From: a virus
Direction: 5' to 3' (one strand)
DNA length: 64,000 bases
IMG/VR virus record: IMGVR_UViG_3300035698_027961
Location: 15,312-79,311 of that record
This document shows positions 7,822 to 17,263 of this stretch, one piece after another. Every line of letters starts with the position of its first letter. The first letter of the stretch is position 1. The notes under the pieces were generated by a model that saw only the letters and a program-made list of their open reading frames with translations, searched no databases and was not told the origin of the DNA. The translations under genes and the position numbers were made by a program.

Positions 7822-9249
7822 CTATCTTTTGCGTCTCTTATCGATAATCGAATCTCTCTTGGTTCCACCACCCTGCAGCCTATTAAATCCAGAATTCTTA
7901 CTCTTAATCTTTCGTTCAATTTCTTCCTTAACACTAGATACCTTATTCTCTTCTAGATCGAGAGTCATAGCTGATGCCCTGGACTTCTCCTTACCGGCAG
8001 CAATTTCAGTCTGAGCCTTGCTCTCTTTCTTTAGAGAATCGATTCTATCTTGAGGCAATCCAAGTCCGGCGAACCAGCTATAAATCTTGATACCCTCAAC
8101 AGATTCGTCAGAGTAAACACCCTGAAAAATGCTAGCTCCGTTAGTTTGCTCAGAAATAACACTGAACATATAGTCGATATTGATTGACGGCATCTCGCTT
8201 AATGCTTCCTCAGAGCCCAAGATGATGACTCCGCCAACTCTTGTCTGAGAGAGATCGAAACCTTCTGCCAACATGTTGCCGCTGAGACTATCAATAACTG
8301 CTTCGGCCAGTGATGTTTCTTCCATATAGTCTTCTACATCGACAACTCCGTAAACAGAGCAGTCTCCTGCGGAAATTATTCTACCAAAGTCACTCGGGTC
8401 AAGAGAGGTGAACTTAGAAGGCTTGGAGGTTAAAGAGTTGAACAGACTTATGGGTTCAACTATTGCCTCATTTGCCTTGGCCCAGAACTGAGACTGACTT
8501 AGGCGATTGTAAATCTGCTCAATTCTGGCATTATCTACGACGACCAAGCTGGAGATCATATCGCCCGTAGTCATTCTTGCCAGCCTAGACAAAGTTTCAA
8601 TGGAGTTCTTCTTAGACTGAGCATCCTCAGTGGCCTTAGGGAGAACATAGATAACCCCTACGGGCATTCCTGTGCGAAACATGATGTCTACCATAGTATC
8701 TACTGACGAGCTTCCGGAGCCGCCACCTCCGGAGATTGCTAGGAATAGCATATCATTACCGTCTGCAACCTTAGAAACAAAATCTTCTAAATCTTCTTCA
8801 TGGGATGCGAAAATCTCTCTTCCCAGGTCTAGAGACTTACCAGTACCGCCTAATGATCCGGTAAGTAAAAGCTTTTGGCTCGGAAGAACATCAATGAATT
8901 CTAGGTCTTGAGCTGAAGTATTGATGACACCAACATCATATCCAAGTCTATGAAACTCTTCCGCAATTCTAGAGCCAGCCTGACCAACCCCAAGAATGCC
9001 CATATTAATACTTACACTTCTCTTGCTTACAACTTCTGGCAAATAATCCTCCCGAACCTCTTGAGATTCCTGTTTCTTTTGTGCTAGCTTCGCCTTAAGA
9101 GCGGCTAACTTGTCTTCATCGACATTTACCTTTCTCTCATAGTCTTCGCCAAATGCTTCTGATAAAACTTTATTATCCATCTCTACCTCTTCTGGTGTTT
9201 TGGGTTTCTTTTTATAAACGTGTTCCGTTATTGTTATTTTTTCATTCAT
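7822..9249 (-). CDS. tubulin/FtsZ-superfamily GTPase
   Basis: GILGVGQAGSRIA (T1), INT..DL, GGTGKSLDLG (T3), GGGGSGSS (T4 signature), VVDN, LDPSDF (T7). Start 9249 from AGGAG RBS. Confidence 0.9.
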   Translation of the reverse strand: MNEKITITEHVYKKKPKTPEEVEMDNKVLSEAFGEDYERKVNVDEDKLAALKAKLAQKKQESQEVREDYLPEVVSKRSVSINMGILGVGQAGSRIAEEFHRLGYDVGVINTSAQDLEFIDVLPSQKLLLTGSLGGTGKSLDLGREIFASHEEDLEDFVSKVADGNDMLFLAISGGGGSGSSSVDTMVDIMFRTGMPVGVIYVLPKATEDAQSKKNSIETLSRLARMTTGDMISSLVVVDNARIEQIYNRLSQSQFWAKANEAIVEPISLFNSLTSKPSKFTSLDPSDFGRIISAGDCSVYGVVDVEDYMEETSLAEAVIDSLSGNMLAEGFDLSQTRVGGVIILGSEEALSEMPSINIDYMFSVISEQTNGASIFQGVYSDESVEGIKIYSWFAGLGLPQDRIDSLKKESKAQTEIAAGKEKSRASAMTLDLEENKVSSVKEEIERKIKSKNSGFNRLQGGGTKRDSIIDKRRKR

Positions 9250-9340
9250 CTTATCTCCTAAGCGGAGGCAACCCAAGATAGCGGGTGTCCCTGATTATAC
9301 TATTTAAATGCTAAATAATTAAAAAATATAGTTTGCTTTT

Positions 9341-10333
9341 TTAATTATTACCAATATATTTTTTGATTTGCGATAGTAGAGAATCTTCCGTAATAATGGC
9401 GGGACTAACCAGCTTATTTGATTTGGACCAAGAAGCAACTTCGCATAGAAATCTTGTACCTATTTCATTCATTGGTGCGGCGTTAGTTGTAATAATATCA
9501 CATCCAGATGCCTTAGCCTCATATAGGCTGAGCCCCAGGCCCTCCTGGCTCGATGGTGCGATAATACAACTAGACTCTCTATATATTTGACCCACTTCTT
9601 CTCTGGTTAAATCTTTTTCAATAATATTAACTTGAGGAATATTATATTTCGAGTCTAACGGGGATTTCTTAACTCCCGTTATATTTAGACTTATATCTGG
9701 ATATATAATTGCGGCCCGTGAGAAGGCACTTATAACAAGCCTGGTATTCTTGGATGAAAAGTTTGGATTCAGGCTTCCCTGGTGATAGAATACAATATTA
9801 TCAAGCTTCCTTCCCGGATAGAACAAATTGGAATCTGTGAATTTCCAGCTTACCCTTGATACGTTTCTAAGTCCTGCATTATTCAATGTTTCTTTGGTGA
9901 AATCAGTTACAGCCCAAATATCTTTGAATTTATTATAAAGATTTATTAACCTTGGGTTAACCCACTCTATCATCGGAACATCTATAACTGGTATTCCTAT
10001 TCCATCAATCCACTGAGATGATTCCATTAGAGTTTCTAATGATATCAATGCCTCCGCTTTATACTTGGATATTACCGACGCTATCTGCTGCTGATGATCC
10101 CTGCCGGAGTCAAAAATTGCGAAGCCATAGCCCTGAGAGTTGTGAGAGTGAAACTCTTTTCTGTAAATGCCATTTTCTTTTATGATTCTGCCTTTAGGTA
10201 TCAACCAAACCTGATGGCCCCTATCTTCTAATTCTTTCTTGAGAGTTAGGCCAAGATATAGAAGGCCCGAAGGATGATCATAAGTTTTAATCAGAAGTCT
10301 TTTTGGTAGATTTTGCAAGGTCCATCCTGTCAA
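9341..10333 (-). CDS. GT-B (GT4-like) glycosyltransferase
   Basis: PSSQEGLGLSLYEAKASGCDII (EX7E). Start position uncertain. Confidence 0.85.
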   Translation of the reverse strand: MTGWTLQNLPKRLLIKTYDHPSGLLYLGLTLKKELEDRGHQVWLIPKGRIIKENGIYRKEFHSHNSQGYGFAIFDSGRDHQQQIASVISKYKAEALISLETLMESSQWIDGIGIPVIDVPMIEWVNPRLINLYNKFKDIWAVTDFTKETLNNAGLRNVSRVSWKFTDSNLFYPGRKLDNIVFYHQGSLNPNFSSKNTRLVISAFSRAAIIYPDISLNITGVKKSPLDSKYNIPQVNIIEKDLTREEVGQIYRESSCIIAPSSQEGLGLSLYEAKASGCDIITTNAAPMNEIGTRFLCEVASWSKSNKLVSPAIITEDSLLSQIKKYIGNN

Positions 10334-11009
10334 TAGAGGCTTTTCTTATTTCTTTAATATTCTCTGCGTGCTTAAGCTGAATATCACTTCTCTGAGTTAG
10401 AGAACCGCCATTGGGAATAATTCGATAATAGTACATAACCTTGTGAATATATTCTATTGGGTATAGCTCACTGATTCTTAGCCAGTAATCATAATCTTCC
10501 GCTATCCAATACTTCTCATTGAATGGTCCAATTTTGTTAAAGACATCCCTTCTAATTGTTGTAGAGCCAGAGGCTACAAAGTTTTGGGACATAAGCCTTG
10601 AATGATTGATTATTATTTTTTGAGGATAGAACTGCGGCCTGACCCTTCCGTTTACCAATATCTTATAGTTTCCGCATACCATTCCAAGTTCTGGATTATT
10701 AATCATGGCATGAACAGAGCTGAATAATTTGTCTTGATTCATAATATCATCATCATCTAAAAAGCTAATCAAAGGTGCTGTGGTCATGGATATTCCATAG
10801 TTTCTAGCTCCACCAGGGCCCACATTTTCAGGCGTCTTGATGAAGTTAACCTGAGGATATCTTTTTTTCAAACCAGATATATCTGATGTTGAGCAATCAT
10901 CAACTACAGTAAGTTTGTAATCTTTATATGACTGATTTAGGCAACTATCAATAGCTTCGACTATATACGACTTGGGATTATAAGTCGGCATAATTATATC
11001 AACTTTCAT
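10287..11009 (-). CDS. GT2 glycosyltransferase
   Basis: IIMPTYN, VVDDCS, GARNYG, FLDDDD, EDYDYWLR. Confidence 0.93.
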   Translation of the reverse strand: MKVDIIMPTYNPKSYIVEAIDSCLNQSYKDYKLTVVDDCSTSDISGLKKRYPQVNFIKTPENVGPGGARNYGISMTTAPLISFLDDDDIMNQDKLFSSVHAMINNPELGMVCGNYKILVNGRVRPQFYPQKIIINHSRLMSQNFVASGSTTIRRDVFNKIGPFNEKYWIAEDYDYWLRISELYPIEYIHKVMYYYRIIPNGGSLTQRSDIQLKHAENIKEIRKASIDRMDLAKSTKKTSD

Positions 11010-11934
11010 ATTCTAAATACTTCCTCGCGTAATCTATTGGTGAGTTCTTAAGATTGTCTATAACGAATTGCCTTCCGTTGCTTGCAATCTTATCATAAAG
11101 AAGTGAGTCGCTCATTACTTCCTCTATGGCTTCGCAATAAGCATTTAAAGTTTTGGGAACTACTATCCCGTCGTGTCTATTAGATAGCTCTAAATTTATC
11201 TTGGGATGAATGATACACGGAATTTTAGCATAAAGCTGCTCAATTATGGTGCATCCCATTGTCTCGCTCAAGGATGTCGAGAAATAAATATGAGACTGCT
11301 TAGCAGAACGAATATGCTCAGAGTAATTATAAGGACTTGGGTAGCCTATAAATTTAAACTTAAACTGAGGAAGATTTTTTGCCACCAAGAGCGCAAAGTC
11401 TACATCCTTAACCATCTGCCTGGAATTACCCTTCCATAGAATGGTTCCATCATCATTGTGAACCGGCTCCCATAGATTTAAATTAGGAGCTATCCTGAGT
11501 AGGTCTATTTTATTATCGTCTATGCCATAGAGCCTGGCTATCTTTGATTTTAATTTATGATTTACCGTTAGTATTTTACTGAAAGCATCAATTTCAAGAT
11601 ATCTTGATTCTTCTTCTCGATTAACAGTATCTATCAGGTTTGGCCCGGATATTATCTTTATCGAATTATTAAACATTTTAATTATGTTTACAAACTCTAA
11701 TGAAATTCCGCTCCAATGATGTAGAACTTCTGATTTCTTAACAGAGGCTTTTATAGCTTTTGTATCTCGTAAATTCTTGACATTAGGATAAGTGCTTGGA
11801 ATTTTTGAAAAAACATTGACTTCGTAGCCGAGACCTCTGAGTGATTCCGCAAAGCTAACGAGAGAAACGCCGGGGCCATTAAAGTGGCATCCGGCGTTTC
11901 CATAATTAAAAGTTATTATGGTAACTGTTTTCAA
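10999..11934 (-). CDS. GT-B (GT4-like) glycosyltransferase
   Basis: STSLSETMGCTIIEQLYAKIPCI (EX7E). Confidence 0.8.
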   Translation of the reverse strand: MKTVTIITFNYGNAGCHFNGPGVSLVSFAESLRGLGYEVNVFSKIPSTYPNVKNLRDTKAIKASVKKSEVLHHWSGISLEFVNIIKMFNNSIKIISGPNLIDTVNREEESRYLEIDAFSKILTVNHKLKSKIARLYGIDDNKIDLLRIAPNLNLWEPVHNDDGTILWKGNSRQMVKDVDFALLVAKNLPQFKFKFIGYPSPYNYSEHIRSAKQSHIYFSTSLSETMGCTIIEQLYAKIPCIIHPKINLELSNRHDGIVVPKTLNAYCEAIEEVMSDSLLYDKIASNGRQFVIDNLKNSPIDYARKYLEYES

Positions 11935-11935
11935 C

Positions 11936-12253
11936 CTAAGAGTTCCTGTTAAATAAATCCTCTAGGGATTCTTTTCCCTTAAATCCAACCATTCTGTCTA
12001 CTTCCTTTCCGCCTCTAAAAACTATTAGGCATGGAATACTAGTTATTGAATATTGGGCCGAAATTGCTGGAAAATCAGATACATTTACCTTTCCAATACT
12101 AACCGCGCCATCATACTTCTCAGACATTCCGTCAAGAACGGGACCTAGAATCTTACATGGTCCGCACCAAGCGGCCCAAAAATCAACGACAACAGTCTTC
12201 TCATTTTGGATAAATTCGTTAAAGCTTTCGCTATTTAATTCTTCAACTGCCAT
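11936..12253 (-). CDS. trxA: thioredoxin
   Basis: VVDFWAAWCGPCK, SIP. Confidence 0.96.
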   Translation of the reverse strand: MAVEELNSESFNEFIQNEKTVVVDFWAAWCGPCKILGPVLDGMSEKYDGAVSIGKVNVSDFPAISAQYSITSIPCLIVFRGGKEVDRMVGFKGKESLEDLFNRNS

Positions 12254-12261
12254 AAAATCTC

Positions 12262-12477
12262 CTAGTGGACTTCGTAGTATGAATTAACGGACATATCTTC
12301 CATTATCATGACTAATACGCTATCCTGTTCATCTTTGCTCATTTTGACGAAATCTTCAAAAAGTTCTTTTGCATACTCTGAGGCCAGCGTTCTTATGTAG
12401 TTAGATTCACCACCACTTTTACTGTAAGCTTCCAGTATTCTTAAAGATTCCTCAAATGATCCTTTAGTTAGAAACAT
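12262..12477 (-). CDS. hypothetical protein (~71 aa)
   Basis: Start MFLTKG chosen because the longer ORF-track start lies inside the upstream small gene. Confidence 0.6.
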   Translation of the reverse strand: MFLTKGSFEESLRILEAYSKSGGESNYIRTLASEYAKELFEDFVKMSKDEQDSVLVMIMEDMSVNSYYEVH

Positions 12478-12622
12478 CTTTTTTATCCCCCGTATCCTCC
12501 TCTGTCTTTTTATCAGAGTCTTCAACAAGGTCATCTACGGTATATCTTTCTTCCTGTGAGGCTGTTTTGGCTCCGTCTTTCTTTACGAAAACCTTAACCT
12601 CTCCATCTTTCTTAAAACTCAT
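12464..12622 (-). CDS. small charged hypothetical protein (52 aa), missing from ORF track
   Basis: AGGAGG RBS, then MSFKKDGEVKVFVKKDGAKTASQEERYTVDDLVEDSDKKTEEDTGDKKDVSN*. Confidence 0.7.
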   Translation of the reverse strand: MSFKKDGEVKVFVKKDGAKTASQEERYTVDDLVEDSDKKTEEDTGDKKDVSN

Positions 12623-12691
12623 TAAGCCTCCTGGCACTATTTACAATAGTATATCCCAATATAAATATATTACCGCAAGGATTTGATTTTT

Positions 12692-14266
12692 TTAGATCAA
12701 TTTCAAGAACCTGAGGAACTTTAGAAGTAATGATTCCTTGGCGGTAGCAACCGGTTTATTTATATGATCGGAATCCTGGTCAGAAGTGTTATCCTCCGCG
12801 CCAGTCACCGAGTTTTCAAGGGCAGCCTCGTCCTTGGAATTTTGCAGAAAGTTCATTTTTTCTACTTCCAGTAAAATTAATCTAAGTGATTCGCGTAGTT
12901 TACTGATTTCGATATCTCTAGACTCATCTGAGGTTTCTTTTACATTTTTACCACCAGCCGAACCTAATTTTTCATTAAATGCCCGCACTAAATCTCTGCC
13001 TTTACTATAATCAATTGATCTTTTTATAGCTTTAGCGGGAGTAATCGTGTTTTTGTTCTTTCTAGGGCCATCTTCCGCTAAGGCAAACTCATCTATCGAC
13101 TGACTCTCTATAAGTCTTTTCTTAATGAGTATATCCCTACTTTTTTCACGTATCTTTATAAGTTTTTTAGATTCAGATTCAAGAAACTTAAGGTAAGCAT
13201 CGCCAGACATGCTCTGTGATAAATCTAGCCTCTCAGAAATATTTATTTTCTTCGGAGAGTCATCGGACGCATCTTCACAGGATAAGCTAAACCTATTTGC
13301 CTTAGCCCTCATGAATGTCTCTGCTGCCTTGCCCCTAAGGCCAGATTTGTAGTACTCGGCAGTCTCTCTCAGCCCATCATCAAAATTCTTTACAATATGG
13401 TATCCAAAAGATTCACTTGCCCAGCCGGTATCCGCCTGAGAGCATCTAACATCACCGGCCCGCTCTTTTCTGTAAAAAGGCTCCATACAACCTAACTTTT
13501 CGTGTAGCTCATTTACTGTAACTTTAATGCCGGAACCAACATTAAAGACCATATGTTTTAATGGCATTGAAAAAGTTGATGCCAAATAATTCGCCTCAAC
13601 TACGTTATCAACATGAGTGAAGTCACGGTATTGTTCACCATCCCCATGAATGATTGGCCTAATTTTTAATTTATTGCATTCTAAAAATGAAGATATTACC
13701 GAGGCATATGGTGAATCACCTCTCTGACGGTTGCCAAAAACATTAAAATACCTAAGACAAACAGTTTCATTCTTATAAATCTTGGAAAAAAGTTCGCAAA
13801 GTTCTTCGCCAAACTTCTTATGCATTGCGTAAGGAGACTTGGGGCTTAGAGGGGTGTCTTCCGGTGTTGGTAGAATCTGGGATCCTCCATAAACCGAAGA
13901 AGAGGATGAGAAGATAAATCTAGCACCGTGTTCTTTCGCAAGATTAAGAACATTAACCGTCCCCATAATATTTACATCTGATGTTTCAACAGGCTGCTCA
14001 ACCGAATAATACACTCCGGGAATTGCAGCAAGATGAAATACATAATCAGGCATAAAGCTATCAAAAACTTTCTGTAGTGATTTCATATCTCTGATATCAA
14101 CTTGTTCAAAGGAAAGGCGCGGATTATCACTATGCTGGTCTAAATTGGCTAGGTCTCCACGGCTTAGATTGTCAATCACACAGACTTCAAACCCCTTATA
14201 CATAAGTTTATCAACTAGGTGGCTTCCTATGAAGCCACATCCGCCAGTAACTATTGCTTTTTTCAT
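12692..14266 (-). CDS. NAD-dependent nucleotide-sugar epimerase/dehydratase (WbpP/GalE-like) with ~210-aa C-terminal extension
   Basis: TGGCGFIG, HLAA, SSSSVYG, SPYAMHK (YxxxK), RYFNVFG, GDGEQYRDF. Confidence 0.9.
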   Translation of the reverse strand: MKKAIVTGGCGFIGSHLVDKLMYKGFEVCVIDNLSRGDLANLDQHSDNPRLSFEQVDIRDMKSLQKVFDSFMPDYVFHLAAIPGVYYSVEQPVETSDVNIMGTVNVLNLAKEHGARFIFSSSSSVYGGSQILPTPEDTPLSPKSPYAMHKKFGEELCELFSKIYKNETVCLRYFNVFGNRQRGDSPYASVISSFLECNKLKIRPIIHGDGEQYRDFTHVDNVVEANYLASTFSMPLKHMVFNVGSGIKVTVNELHEKLGCMEPFYRKERAGDVRCSQADTGWASESFGYHIVKNFDDGLRETAEYYKSGLRGKAAETFMRAKANRFSLSCEDASDDSPKKINISERLDLSQSMSGDAYLKFLESESKKLIKIREKSRDILIKKRLIESQSIDEFALAEDGPRKNKNTITPAKAIKRSIDYSKGRDLVRAFNEKLGSAGGKNVKETSDESRDIEISKLRESLRLILLEVEKMNFLQNSKDEAALENSVTGAEDNTSDQDSDHINKPVATAKESLLLKFLRFLKLI

Positions 14267-15261
14267 TTAATTATCCTTTTTAGTGAGCCAATATCATTTA
14301 AATACATTTCTTTCAGAAGTTTCTTCCAGTCATAATTCGATGACCAACCAAGCTTATCGGAAGCCTTACTGGGATCGCCGCGTAAGAATAATACCTCGGA
14401 CGGCCTCATAAATCTAGAATCTTCCCTATATATATCTGAGAAATTTAATTCGGCCAGGCTACAGACGTACTCAAACATCTCTTTAATTGTAGCACCTGTT
14501 CCGGTAGAGATTAGATAATCATCAGGAGAATCTTGCTGAAGCATCATCCACATCGCTTTAACGAAATCCTTGGAGTGACCCTCATCCCTGAATGCTTCTA
14601 GATTTCCCATTCTTACTTCGGACTTAAGACCCAGCTTAACTGAGGCAACCCCCGATGTTATTTTCCTGGTTGCAAAGTCGTGCCCTCTTCTTGGGCTGGA
14701 ATGGTTGAATAACATTCCATTGCATGCAAAAATATCATAAGCTTCTCGATAGTTAATCACAGACCAGTATGCGGCAACCTTAGATACGCCATATGGTGAC
14801 CTGGGATGAAACGGTGAATCTTCCGTATATCCAGAGTTTGGACATCCGATACCTCCCCACATTTCGCTAGTGCTGGCCTGATAAAAACGAGTTGACGGAG
14901 AGAATTGGCGAATCAATTCTAGCTGATTAATGACAGCCTCAGAGTTAACCCTGAACGTTAATTGCGGCTCACAGAAAGACTGTCCGACATTTGACATTGC
15001 GGCCAAGTTATACCATTCATGTGGCTGATAATCATGCAGGACTCTTGAGATAAGTGTTGGGTCTAAAATATCACCATATATAATTTTAAAATTATCATTA
15101 GGTAATAGATGCAGAACGTTATCTATACATAGGTATGTACTCTTTCGCCTAGTTATTCCGATAACGGTATAGCCTTTGCTTAGCAAGAGTTCTGACAGAT
15201 ACGATCCATCCTGACCGGCGACTCCAGTAATTACCGCAGTTAGTCCCTTATGAGTTGTCAA
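14263..15261 (-). CDS. gmd: GDP-mannose 4,6-dehydratase
   Basis: ITGVAGQDGSYL, NLAAMS, YQASTSE, PRSPYGVSK, LFNH.SPRRG..F.TRKIT, RPSEV; AGGAG RBS before TTG. Confidence 0.92.
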   Translation of the reverse strand: MTTHKGLTAVITGVAGQDGSYLSELLLSKGYTVIGITRRKSTYLCIDNVLHLLPNDNFKIIYGDILDPTLISRVLHDYQPHEWYNLAAMSNVGQSFCEPQLTFRVNSEAVINQLELIRQFSPSTRFYQASTSEMWGGIGCPNSGYTEDSPFHPRSPYGVSKVAAYWSVINYREAYDIFACNGMLFNHSSPRRGHDFATRKITSGVASVKLGLKSEVRMGNLEAFRDEGHSKDFVKAMWMMLQQDSPDDYLISTGTGATIKEMFEYVCSLAELNFSDIYREDSRFMRPSEVLFLRGDPSKASDKLGWSSNYDWKKLLKEMYLNDIGSLKRIIK

Positions 15262-15469
15262 TTATATCTCCTGTGCGACGATCATAAAAATAAGCCAATA
15301 CGTCTTTCAAAACACTCCACACAAGGTGCGCGGCCTTTATCCATATTTGAAATTTTTTCCATGTTATATATTAGGTACCTTATCTCTTTTCCAATGGCCC
15401 CGAAAAAATCATATTTTATTTCTTTTGATATTTAAAATTTAACAATATAGCTTAGGAATCAGAAAATAA

Positions 15470-15856
15470 CTAATCCTCCAGTTCAAAGTATTCAACGGCA
15501 GCTTTTGAAAATTGACGTGCGGTCATATTAGAAATTTCCTCTAACCTGTCTATATTATAGAGTAGGTATTCTTTTTCCAGCTCGGTAAATATAGGAGAAT
15601 TTGAAATAAGATCAAGAGCCTTGCCTGGGTCTTTTTCTAGCAACTTAATTGAAGCAACCTTATTAATCCAGGCGTATGAAAAATCTTTATTTGAATCGTT
15701 ATTCGAATTAAAATTTTCATAAAATGCACTAGATTTGTAAGCATCCTTTAGCTTATCGACTCTATCATATATATCTGTTTCTTTACCTTCTGGCTCATCT
15801 TTAGAGAATCTAGAGGATTTTTTCTCAACTCTTTTTACAACGCCACCTTTACTCAT
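15470..15856 (-). CDS. hypothetical protein (128 aa)
   Basis: ORF; shares a short helical motif with the neighbouring ORF. Confidence 0.65.
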   Translation of the reverse strand: MSKGGVVKRVEKKSSRFSKDEPEGKETDIYDRVDKLKDAYKSSAFYENFNSNNDSNKDFSYAWINKVASIKLLEKDPGKALDLISNSPIFTELEKEYLLYNIDRLEEISNMTARQFSKAAVEYFELED

Positions 15857-15860
15857 TCGA

Positions 15861-16448
15861 TTATCCTAAGTTATCTTTGATTATTTTTTTAATTTGTTCT
15901 ATATTTTCAAACTTGGAAAATAAATAGCCATATTTTCCGAAATTGTTCATAGAAAATATAACGTTAGTCTTTGATTCTTCAGAGATTAATATGGATGACA
16001 TTATAGAAGAGAATGCTTCGGGTTCTTTTAAAGTACTTTCGCAACGATTACCAAGTGCGTTAAAGGGAAATGGAATACTAAGCTGTTTTTGGTCTTTCAT
16101 ACCAATCACTAATAACGTTGAATTTATTATATCTAATTTCGCTAAATCTGTGATATATTCGTTATTAATTATATCATTTAAATATTTTGCCATTTTAGAA
16201 CTAGATGATCCATCTTTATGAAGCTTAATTAAATTATTCTTAAAATCTTGCTTAAGGAGCCCAATTAGATGTTCCGTTAAGATATTCTTTTCGGTCTCAT
16301 TGAAAGTTGCCGTAGATAAAATCTCTTTTATAAAAGTTTCTTTATCTTTTTCATTTTTTACTAGCGCATCTTTGAACTCTCTGGCGCACGATGATGCCCG
16401 AAGCCTTCTTTTCCTCTCTTCGCTATCCAATTCAGTTAAAGTTGTCAT
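15861..16448 (-). CDS. hypothetical protein (195 aa)
   Basis: ORF in operon-like packing. Confidence 0.65.
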   Translation of the reverse strand: MTTLTELDSEERKRRLRASSCAREFKDALVKNEKDKETFIKEILSTATFNETEKNILTEHLIGLLKQDFKNNLIKLHKDGSSSSKMAKYLNDIINNEYITDLAKLDIINSTLLVIGMKDQKQLSIPFPFNALGNRCESTLKEPEAFSSIMSSILISEESKTNVIFSMNNFGKYGYLFSKFENIEQIKKIIKDNLG

Positions 16449-16452
16449 ATAC

Positions 16453-17253
16453 CTAATCCTTTCTAAATTTATTTCTTTCTTTAATAGCGGCCTTTAAGAC
16501 TCTTCTTGGTGTGCCCTTCTTCTTCATAAATTGCAACAAAGCATTTGTATCCTTCGGAAAACACGCCCCGCCATAACTAAGCTTGCCATCCGGCCCAGGG
16601 ACAGATACGTGATTTGAAGAGATCCACGAGTTATCAAGCATCATAGATAATACTTTATTGTAGTCCGCTCCGGTTTCTTCACAGAGGGTATAAAATTCAT
16701 TAAAAATTTGCACTTTAATAGCATAAAATGAATTAGCGAAAAGCTTCATCGACTCTGACTCTTCAGGGCTAGATGTCGAAATCTTAGCATTAGGAAATAA
16801 GTCTTTATACATGTGAACCATAACTTCTTCATCATCTGAATTAACAGAACCTATGACTATGTGCTTTTGGTTTCTAAAGTCTTCAACCGCAGTTCTTGCC
16901 GTTAGAAATTCTGGATTATGAACCATTCTAAGTCCATATTTTATAGCAAGGTCTCTGGTTGTCTCTGGCTCAACCGTGCTTTTAATAACAACAATTCCCT
17001 CATATGAGTTATTCTTAAGAATCTTACATGTATCATATATTGCTGACTTGTCAAACCCGACTTTATCAACGTATGGTGTCGGAAGGCATAAAAATACAAC
17101 ATCTGTGTTAATAACTCTATCGATACTTCCAATTCCATTGTACTTATCGTAAGCGTTCAAACTATATTTGCCATCAAAGGTCGGAAGCTTTTCGGACAGC
17201 ACCATTCTCATAGCCCCTCCGACAAATCCGAGGCCGATGATTCCTATGCGCAT
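16453..17253 (-). CDS. UDP-glucose/GDP-mannose dehydrogenase family, short form lacking the C-terminal domain
   Basis: IGIIGLGFVG, CLPTP, KSTV.P, NPEFL, K...N, YGGACFPKD. Start 17253 from AAGGA RBS. Confidence 0.9.
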   Translation of the reverse strand: MRIGIIGLGFVGGAMRMVLSEKLPTFDGKYSLNAYDKYNGIGSIDRVINTDVVFLCLPTPYVDKVGFDKSAIYDTCKILKNNSYEGIVVIKSTVEPETTRDLAIKYGLRMVHNPEFLTARTAVEDFRNQKHIVIGSVNSDDEEVMVHMYKDLFPNAKISTSSPEESESMKLFANSFYAIKVQIFNEFYTLCEETGADYNKVLSMMLDNSWISSNHVSVPGPDGKLSYGGACFPKDTNALLQFMKKKGTPRRVLKAAIKERNKFRKD

Positions 17254-17263
17254 ACTTAATCCT

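Noticed and set aside
15262-15469. Possible small ORF or ncRNA in the gap upstream of gmd
   Set aside because: Only short frames without a convincing start and RBS, and no stable structure recognised; probably an AT-rich promoter region.
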